Positions 9,858 to 17,257 of a stretch of DNA of 64,000 nt are shown here, piece after piece (the stretch's first letter is position 1; each line of letters starts with the position of its first letter). The DNA is taken from NCBI GenBank assembly GCA_963840855.1, contig CAWJBB010000079.1, forward strand, positions 96,001-160,000, in the 5' to 3' direction. The notes below the pieces were generated by a model. The model saw only the letters and a list, made by a program, of their open reading frames with translations, was not told the DNA's origin and did not search any database. Source of the stretch: an uncultured delta proteobacterium. Lineage in GTDB: Bacteria; Desulfobacterota; Binatia; UBA9968. The position numbers and the translations under genes are program-made.

Positions 9858-10985
9858 ATGAAGAATATAGTCTTTAAGGTAATTGCTTCGATCGCGCTGA
9901 TCGGCTGTTGGTATTGTGGAGCGCAAGCTCTGGCGGCATCGGCCGGACCAGCCGCCACGAAAACCAAGCAAGACCCCGGGTCAAAGGGCTTTATTTTTGA
10001 AACCAACCGCGATGAAATCGTCGCCAAGGCGAAAAAAGAAGGCAAGCTTCGGGTCATGAGTTCCTTGGATCCTGCAAGCTTCAAGCCGATGGCGGATTCC
10101 TTCAAGAAAAAATATCCGTTCATTGTCGATGTCCATATGCACGAAATGACCGGCACCGAAGCGATCCAGCGTTTTCTGCTGGAGCTCAAGGCTGGAACGG
10201 TCAAGGAATGGGACGTCGGTCACGCCTCCGAGGATCATTATAATGACTTTGCCGATCATGCCATGAAGTTCGACATTCTGAGCATGGCTGAACAGGGAAT
10301 TCTCAAGATCAACCCCAAGATGGTCGACCCGGATAATCGTACGATTGTCGCGATGGCCAGCGGCCTCTGCGCCATTGCCTATAACAGAGGACGCCTTGCG
10401 CCGGACAGGGTCCCGAACCAACTGGAGGATATTTTACGGCCGGAGTTTAAAGGCAGAAAGTTTGTCGTCGACGTGCGCCCCCACTGCATGGCCGCTTTGA
10501 TGGCGAGCCAGGGCGAGGAGTGGGTTATAAACTACGCGCGTAAAATCAAGGAGCAGGAGCCGGTGTGGGTGCGCGGCAACACCCGGGCGCTTACCGCCAT
10601 CGCCGTCGGCGAGTATGTCATGCACCAGCTTACCAACTATCATTCCTGCGTGCGCGCGACCTGGAAGGACAAGAGCAAATCGCTCGCCTGCAAAGTCATA
10701 GAGCCGATCTCAGTCAGAATCCAGGAGCCCGATTTCGTGCTCAAGTCTGCGGCCAATCCTTATGCCGCGTTGCTCTTCCTGGAGCATCACGCGAGCCCGG
10801 AAGGACAAAAGATTCTCGATGACATCGAGCCGGTCAAGTCGAGCATCTTCACCCAGGGCGAAGTCAGCAAGATCGTTCAAGGCAAAAAGGCTTCGATCAA
10901 CGACTTTCGCACCTATCACAAGACCCCCAACTGGATGAAGCTGGTCCTTGAGGCCTACGGCTTTCCCAAGGCGGAAATTCGCTGA
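9858..10985 (+). CDS. Extracellular solute-binding protein (same family as 7427 and 42121)
   Basis: Signal peptide, RDEIVAKAKKEGKL, PEFKG.KFV.DVRP, AYGFPKA. ATG 9840 is an alternative start. Confidence 0.88.
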   Translation: MKNIVFKVIASIALIGCWYCGAQALAASAGPAATKTKQDPGSKGFIFETNRDEIVAKAKKEGKLRVMSSLDPASFKPMADSFKKKYPFIVDVHMHEMTGTEAIQRFLLELKAGTVKEWDVGHASEDHYNDFADHAMKFDILSMAEQGILKINPKMVDPDNRTIVAMASGLCAIAYNRGRLAPDRVPNQLEDILRPEFKGRKFVVDVRPHCMAALMASQGEEWVINYARKIKEQEPVWVRGNTRALTAIAVGEYVMHQLTNYHSCVRATWKDKSKSLACKVIEPISVRIQEPDFVLKSAANPYAALLFLEHHASPEGQKILDDIEPVKSSIFTQGEVSKIVQGKKASINDFRTYHKTPNWMKLVLEAYGFPKAEIR

Positions 10986-11068
10986 AAATCAATTGCGGCA
11001 TGGAAAATTACCAAACTAAAATCGTTGAGGCTTACCGGTTGATCAAACCGGAAGAGAAGTAGGTCACT

Positions 11069-12838
11069 ATGGCTAAGACAGAAACTGTTGCTCGATCGTT
11101 AGGATTGCCCGCATGGACCGGGGTGAACACGCTGCGCAAGCATGCTCTCGCTTTCGGCATCACTGCGCTGCTGCTTTGGGTCGTCGCGGCGCCGATCATC
11201 ATGTTGGTGCTCTCCAGCCTGCGCGAGGGAAACTTCATCACTCCCGGCGCCTTTACGCTGGGCAACTATCGAACCGTCTACCTGAACCAAATGACCTATC
11301 CGGCGTTGCTCAACACGTTGATCTACGCCACCGCCGTAAGCGCCATCAGCCTGACGTTCGCCACGATCTTTGCCTGGCTCGTCGAACGCACTGATATGCC
11401 CGGGACAAATTGGGCTTGGACCATGATGCTGCTGCCGCTGGCGATGCCCGGCATTTTGCGCTCCATGTCGTGGATTCTACTCCTCAGCCCGCGCAGCGGC
11501 ATCATCAATGTTTACGTGCGCGACTACTTGAGCTTCTTTGGCATGCAACTGGAAACGGGACCGTTTAATATTTTTACGCTTCCCGGGATGATTTTCGTGG
11601 AGGGCATGAGCGGCAGCACGACGCTCTTCCTTTTGATGGTCGGGGCTTTTCGGCTGATGGACCCATCGATGGAGGAAGCCGCCAAGATTTCCGGAGCTCG
11701 GACTTTCACCACCCTAAGGCGCGTGACTCTGGGCTTGATGCTGCCGGCGGTGCTGGCGGCGGCGATGTACGCCTTCCTCGGCAACCTCGATGACTTCGAG
11801 ACTCCCCTGCTCATCGGCCTTCAAGCGGGGATCTATCTTTTGCCGACCTTGATCTATTTCACGGCCTATGTCAGTCCCAGCTACGGATTAGCCACGGCCT
11901 ATTCGTCGATCTTCATTATTTTTACCATCGTCATGGTGTGGATCTATTACCGGGTGATCATCCGGCGCGCCGACCGTTACGCTTCCATAACCGGCAAAGG
12001 CTACCGGCCGCGCCGCCTCTCCCTCGGCAAGTGGCGTTGGCTGGCATTGGGGTTGTTTATCGCTTTTTTCACGCTTAACATCATTATGCCATTCTTGACT
12101 CTCCTCTGGGCTTCCTTGCTACCCAGCTATATGGTGCCATCCCGGGCCGCGCTCCAATACGTGACGCTCGATAATTTTGCCACCCTGATCAACGAGCCCT
12201 CGATCATCAACTCCACCGTTAACACCATCATTCTCGGAGTGGTCACGGCGACGGGCACCATGGCGCTTGCCTATATGGTTTCCTGGCTGATCGTGCGTCT
12301 GAAAGTCAAAGGAGGGCTCTTGCTGGACGGTCTCGCTTTCGTTCCCCATGCCATCCCTACCGTCTCCATCGCTCTGGCCTTGATCGTGTTATATCTCCAT
12401 CCGGCGGTGAGATGGCTACCGATCTACGGCACCATCTGGATCATGATGCTGGCGCTCACGACCCGCTATATCGCCTTTGCTTCCAGGACGGCCAATTCGG
12501 CCATGACGCAGATTCACGGCGAACTCGAAGAAGCCGCGCGCACCAGCGGCGCTACCCGCTTCACGACCCTCGTGCGCATCACCTTTCCCCTGCTGCTGCC
12601 GCCTTTCATCGGCGGTTGGGTCTGGGTCTTTGCCCACACTATCCGGAGCTTCAGCATTCCGCTGATGATGGCGACTCCGGGAAACGAAACCATCGCCGTG
12701 GTCATGTACCATTTTTGGGAACGGAAGGCGGATTTTTCCCTGGCCTCAACCCTTGGCGTAGCAATGCTCGTATCGGTGGGCATTCTGACCTTCTTCTCCC
12801 GGCGGTTCATCGCTCAAGGTTTTACTCGCAACCAATAG
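11069..12838 (+). CDS. ABC transporter permease with duplicated domain (FbpB/ThiP type)
   Basis: About 12 hydrophobic segments and two EAA loops (MEEAAKISGA, LEEAARTSGA). Confidence 0.9.
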   Translation: MAKTETVARSLGLPAWTGVNTLRKHALAFGITALLLWVVAAPIIMLVLSSLREGNFITPGAFTLGNYRTVYLNQMTYPALLNTLIYATAVSAISLTFATIFAWLVERTDMPGTNWAWTMMLLPLAMPGILRSMSWILLLSPRSGIINVYVRDYLSFFGMQLETGPFNIFTLPGMIFVEGMSGSTTLFLLMVGAFRLMDPSMEEAAKISGARTFTTLRRVTLGLMLPAVLAAAMYAFLGNLDDFETPLLIGLQAGIYLLPTLIYFTAYVSPSYGLATAYSSIFIIFTIVMVWIYYRVIIRRADRYASITGKGYRPRRLSLGKWRWLALGLFIAFFTLNIIMPFLTLLWASLLPSYMVPSRAALQYVTLDNFATLINEPSIINSTVNTIILGVVTATGTMALAYMVSWLIVRLKVKGGLLLDGLAFVPHAIPTVSIALALIVLYLHPAVRWLPIYGTIWIMMLALTTRYIAFASRTANSAMTQIHGELEEAARTSGATRFTTLVRITFPLLLPPFIGGWVWVFAHTIRSFSIPLMMATPGNETIAVVMYHFWERKADFSLASTLGVAMLVSVGILTFFSRRFIAQGFTRNQ

Positions 12839-12855
12839 GCGGGAGTTAAATCTTT

Positions 12856-12938
12856 TTCACCACGAAGCGGACCAAGGACACGCAGGGTTCGGCCATCTCT
12901 AGTACTGAACTTCCTGCCCTTCGTGTCCTTCGTGGTAA
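12856..12938. repeat. Palindromic CACCACGAAG...CTTCGTGGT element
   Basis: ttcaccacgaagcggaccaaggacacgcaggg ... cttcctgcccttcgtgtccttcgtggtaaa. Same family as 48790-48869 and 57450-57543. Confidence 0.8.
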
Positions 12939-12977
12939 AAAATTGTATTTTCTTGTCTCGCGTCATTGGGAGCAATT

Positions 12978-13553
12978 TTGAATCCAGCTCTGCCCCGGCT
13001 AAAGAAAAACTTCGTTACCATGGTTTGGGGAATCATCGCTTTTACCGCGGTGATCGGACTGGCAGGCTGCGGCGCCAAAGGTTTCGGAACGCCGCTAAGT
13101 TCTTCGGACGCTGTCGCACCGTACGTCGACGCAGGTAACGAATCACCGGGAACATTCGCCCTCCTCGACCCGGAAAAAATCAGATATTCCCAGTCCACGT
13201 ATTCCGTCAGCGGCAGCACAGAGGATGGCAGCACGTACACGGTGGAAGAGAACATCCAATGGCTGCGGGAACACCCGGGCCAAGATTTACCCTGGGGCGG
13301 ACCCATTCGAGTATTTCGCAAACAAGCATTTATGGACGAGTGGGGACCGTTGGCGCGAAACCGCTTCACGGGCGACCCGAAAAATCTGCAGACCGGCGAG
13401 ATTTACACTCTGGACCACCGGCGGCTCGTCGCCTATCGACTCGCGGGGAGAAAAACGATTCCGGTGGAGTGGGCAAACTCGATACTGGTAAGAGACCAAC
13501 GGTGGAAATTCACGACTCTAGACCGTGGCCGCAGCATCGCGCCGAGCCCTTGA
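12978..13553 (+). CDS. Putative lipoprotein with a ParB/Srx-like (polymorphic toxin-type) domain
   Basis: TTG start after GGGAG; basic n-region, hydrophobic stretch, LAG-C lipobox. Domain motifs DPEKIRYSQST...YTLDHRRLVAYRLAG...KFTT..G.SI. Confidence 0.65.
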   Translation: MNPALPRLKKNFVTMVWGIIAFTAVIGLAGCGAKGFGTPLSSSDAVAPYVDAGNESPGTFALLDPEKIRYSQSTYSVSGSTEDGSTYTVEENIQWLREHPGQDLPWGGPIRVFRKQAFMDEWGPLARNRFTGDPKNLQTGEIYTLDHRRLVAYRLAGRKTIPVEWANSILVRDQRWKFTTLDRGRSIAPSP

Positions 13554-13639
13554 TTCTAAACCTCAAAGCAGTAACTCGGCCTTCCGTCCGTGGGTTCTCC
13601 CGCATGCGCTCTGCTGTGATTTTACGCGGATGTAATTAG

Positions 13640-14323
13640 ATGCCGGCCTGGATTCAGCTGACTGCGGAAAAAGCGCATTCTTTCTACCGCGTGCCCATGG
13701 AGTTGGCGGAAACGGATCGTAATTTCTTCTACGGCGCGCCACACCACCCTCGCGATGCCGACGGGCCCTGGCCGTTGGTGGCTTTCTTGCAGGAGAGAGA
13801 CCAACCTGGAGTGATTGCGTTTCAGCTCTACACCATCGAGGCTGAGGAGTTGGCAGTCGAGGCATTCAACCCGTTAGCCCGCCCGTGCGGCCATCTTAGC
13901 CTCGATAGGGAGGCCTTATCGGAACTGGTAAAGCTGCTATTGTCCCACGCCGCGAAACTAACTCCGGCGCGCAGTGACGTTGGGCAGATGTTTCGGCAAA
14001 TCGACGATTTGAAATTAGCCGATTTTGCTCTTCACCCCGAGTGGTTTCCCGATTCGAGAGCACAATATTACTACCAAATCTATGATCCACTCGAGGAACG
14101 GGGAGGAAAATCCACTCAAACCATCTTGATCTTCAGCACCGGGCAAACGTCCCAGTCTTCATCTCGCCTTTACTTCAAAGTTGCGCATTTTTCACTGTCA
14201 TCGCTTAAGGAACCGTCCTTCGACGTTCTCGACGACTCCTTCCCTAGGATCAACCTCGATGGCGGCGGGATGGAAGAGCTCGCGCGCCTGCTCGAAGGGC
14301 AGCTTGTAAATCTAGCAGGCTAA
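13640..14323 (+). CDS. Hypothetical protein, candidate immunity protein
   Basis: 227-aa acidic ORF with no signal peptide, directly downstream of the ParB-like gene. Apparent internal two-fold repeat. Confidence 0.6.
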   Translation: MPAWIQLTAEKAHSFYRVPMELAETDRNFFYGAPHHPRDADGPWPLVAFLQERDQPGVIAFQLYTIEAEELAVEAFNPLARPCGHLSLDREALSELVKLLLSHAAKLTPARSDVGQMFRQIDDLKLADFALHPEWFPDSRAQYYYQIYDPLEERGGKSTQTILIFSTGQTSQSSSRLYFKVAHFSLSSLKEPSFDVLDDSFPRINLDGGGMEELARLLEGQLVNLAG

Positions 14324-14361
14324 AGATTCTTGGCTCATTGCCGCTTTCCGGTCTGAGCACT

Positions 14362-14433
14362 GTAGCCCGGATGAAGTGAAACGAAATCCGGGATCCAAAA
14401 GCCCCGGACTACGCTGTGCTTCATCCGGGCTAC
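14362..14433. repeat. GTAG-type REP doublet (REPIN-like), copy 1
   Basis: GTAGCCCGGATGAAG...CTTCATCCGGGCTAC inverted termini; 69/72 identical to 15708-15779. Confidence 0.9.
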
Positions 14434-14543
14434 GGAGATTTCTGACAGTGTGGTATTTTCCGTTAAACAGATGTAGGGGTCGAGACTTTGCGTGCCGTTT
14501 AGTGTAGTTTTTTCAAAGGTCGACGTCGGCAGAAAACCGGTCC

Positions 14544-15542
14544 ATGAAAACCAGAACAGAGCACGGGGCAACCTTAAGATTATACCGCCATGTAATCGCT
14601 TCCGGCCTATCGATCTTCCTTTGTTTCACAGTTGTTCTCGCCGGCGAGGATGCGGGTCATTATCCTGGCAAACTCGGCATCGCCAAGGCCAGGCACCTGT
14701 CAGCGGCCGAGCGCGCGGTCGAGGCGCGCTTCGCGGCCTATCTGGAAGCGCACACGGATCAAGCCATAGCGCGGTACATCGAGAAATTCGGCAACGAGAT
14801 CAACACGGACAACGCGCGGGAACTTTCTTCAGACTATGCGCCGGGGGGGATCGACGCTGAAGACGCCGCGACCGTCGCGGCGCGGACGAGTTGGGGCCAC
14901 GCCGTGCATGAACCATCCAGCGCACTGGCAAAAGAGCTATTTAGCCGGGCGCTGCGCAAGGACACCCCTGCCGACCGGCGCAAACAGGTGGTTTTCACCG
15001 CGGGAGGCGCCGGCGCGGGCAAAACCACCAGTATCCGAAAGCTCGCCGACTTGTCCCACGCGGTGGAAATGGCGGAAATCGTCTACGACACGACACTTTC
15101 GACTTATAGCTCGGCCGTGCGAAACATCACTCAGGCCCTCGCTGCCGGCCGTATGGTCAGCATCGTTTATGTCTACCGCGATCCCGTTGACTCGTTGATC
15201 GAAGGAATTCTGCCCCGCGCCCAAAGCATGGGCCGAACCGTGCCTCTAGAAGTTGTCCTTGCCACCCACCTCGGATCCGTGCAGGGAATTTTAAGACTCA
15301 GTGAAGCTTATAAGAATGAAACGCGGGTGGCCATTGCAATTATAGATAACCGCGACGGCGCGGGAGATGCTACCCCAGCTGATCTTGGATTCGTGCGGCG
15401 AATGGTCCGCAAGTATTCGCGCGAGTCTTTGCAGGCGGCGCTGTCGTCGGCCTTGGAGGATGCTTATGAAAAGGGCAAAAGGGGCGATCGAAACGGTATC
15501 TCCGAAGCCATCTATAGAGCAGTTAAAGGACATGCCCCTTGA
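14544..15542 (+). CDS. Zeta toxin-like P-loop kinase with an N-terminal signal-peptide-like segment
   Basis: Walker A AGGAGAGKTT, IVYDTTL, RA..MGRTVP..V..TH. Hydrophobic N-terminus VIASGLSIFLCFTVVLA. Confidence 0.7.
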   Translation: MKTRTEHGATLRLYRHVIASGLSIFLCFTVVLAGEDAGHYPGKLGIAKARHLSAAERAVEARFAAYLEAHTDQAIARYIEKFGNEINTDNARELSSDYAPGGIDAEDAATVAARTSWGHAVHEPSSALAKELFSRALRKDTPADRRKQVVFTAGGAGAGKTTSIRKLADLSHAVEMAEIVYDTTLSTYSSAVRNITQALAAGRMVSIVYVYRDPVDSLIEGILPRAQSMGRTVPLEVVLATHLGSVQGILRLSEAYKNETRVAIAIIDNRDGAGDATPADLGFVRRMVRKYSRESLQAALSSALEDAYEKGKRGDRNGISEAIYRAVKGHAP

Positions 15543-15645
15543 GAAGTACACGAAACTACTCGTCCGAGACATGGTCGAAACGCTCAATGCCAGGACCAAA
15601 AGACGAGGCGCCGCGGCAATTCCCAAGCGGCGCAAAAGCAAGTGA
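15532..15645 (+). CDS. Small basic hypothetical protein (37 aa) overlapping the kinase stop
   Basis: MPLEKYTKLLVRDMVETLNARTKRRGAAAIPKRRKSK; 11-nt overlap with the upstream gene; lies inside the REP-flanked cassette. Confidence 0.35.
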   Translation: MPLEKYTKLLVRDMVETLNARTKRRGAAAIPKRRKSK

Positions 15646-15707
15646 ATGGCGATTATTCGCGCCGTTATCGGAACGATCGTCGCATCGGTAAACCGTTGTT
15701 AAGCACC

Positions 15708-15779
15708 GTAGCCCGGATGAAGTGAAACGGAATCCGGGATCCAAAAGCCCCGGATTACGCTGCGCTTCATCCGGGCTAC
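15708..15779. repeat. GTAG-type REP doublet (REPIN-like), copy 2
   Basis: Direct repeat of 14362-14433, including an identical central spacer. Confidence 0.9.
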
Positions 15780-15840
15780 GCAAACTTTGTGTTCTCTGCG
15801 GTAAAATTCTTTTCTTATCAAAGGTTGTCCGTTGGCAAGG

Positions 15841-17255
15841 TCAACGGCCGGCGGAATTGCTCTGCGAATCGGTCTTGGTTTGCTGCGCGACCAGCGCCCG
15901 ATAGCTGGCGCCGATGCCGACCACGAGCAACAGCCAAAGCGCCGTGAAGCTCACGTTGACGATGCTCAACGTCTGGAGGGTAAACGCAAACTCCTCTACT
16001 CAGTCGAACCAACCCCGCCGATAGCACATCGCCGAAACGCACAAAAAACGTATCGATGGCTGCTTTTGCCTTATATTTCTCCTCGCGCGTCGTCGGCAAG
16101 AACAATGCCTGCCGTGCCGTGTTTTGCAGCGAGTAGTCGGTGCTGTTTTCCACGACTTTTGCCCAGCGCACGAACGCCAAGATAGGGAAAAAAGCTATGA
16201 TCGAATAGCCGGTCAAGGCAATGACGGGCAAGAAATAGAGCGATGCTGGCACGCCGCAAAATTTCATGATCCGGGAAACCAGAAACAACTGGGCTAAAAC
16301 GCCGGCCAAGCTCACGGTGAACAAGAAATCGCCGTAAAAGCGCCCGATGTAGTTTTGCATTGTCGCGCTTGGCCGTTGAACAGCCGGCGCTTTTGCGCCA
16401 TCTGCTGGCGCCGTCAACGGCGGCGCCGCGTTGGCGAGACGCTGCGCTTCCGCGATTACCGTTTGCCCAGGATAAATTCGCCGGTCGTATTAACCAGGTT
16501 GGACACGATCAGCATGAAGGCGATGAGAAACAAATAGGGCTTGCCGACCACCAGTTTGAAGCCGCCGCCTTTGGCCAGCGGCGGTGCCGCATCGCCGGCG
16601 CTCTTGATCGCGCGGGCGCCGCTGGTTTCTTTGAGATTGACGATATTGGGAAAAATCAAAGATAGTCCGAGCAGCGTCGCCGTAATCAGCATCAGGAGAT
16701 AAGGGCCCAAGGGCTCGAACAGCATGCTAGCGATCTTGGGACCCAAAGATGGCGCCCAGGGAGCCGCCGAACGCGATGATGGCAAAAAGCCTCTTGCCCT
16801 GGTCCTCGGTGTAAATGTCGTTGGCGAAGGACCAGAACTGGGCAATGATGAAAAGATTGAAGATGCCTACCCAAAGAAAGAAAACCACCCCCAACGGCAC
16901 TTCCAACTGGGACACTAGATAGAAAATCACGAGATTCGAGATAAAGAATAGGGTCACGCCATTGATCAATTTAATGCGGTTGACCTTGCTTGCCAGGTAG
17001 CCATAGGCCGGCACGAGCAGAAACAACAAGAGAGCCTGGCCGGCCGCAGCGTAGCTCTTGACCTCGGCGCCGCCCTCCGAAAGAATTAATGCCTCGCGCA
17101 CTGGTCTTGATGATCAGGTACGCCGTCAAGAGGAAAAACAGATTGACCGTGAGCAATAGCGCAGTGACGCCCTCGCCGGCACGAACGTCGGCGAAGAGGA
17201 GCAAGAAACGCTCGAGGCTGTTTCGTTTTACCGCCAAAGTCGCCGGCGCGGACAT
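15841..17255 (-). pseudogene. TLC/Npt-family nucleotide (ATP/ADP) translocase-like MFS protein with at least 4 frameshifts
   Basis: Consecutive frames give FLLTAYLIIKT-VREALIL, QFWSFANDIY..QGKRLF, DYSLQNTARQALFLP..REEKYKAK..IDTFFVRFGD and a last TM helix ending at 15841. Frame breaks near 17102, 16740, 16462 and 16000. Confidence 0.8.
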
Positions 17256-17257
17256 TA

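Noticed and set aside
15841-17255. Programmed ribosomal frameshifting in the translocase gene
   Set aside because: Four shifts in mixed directions without slippery heptamers fit errors or decay better.
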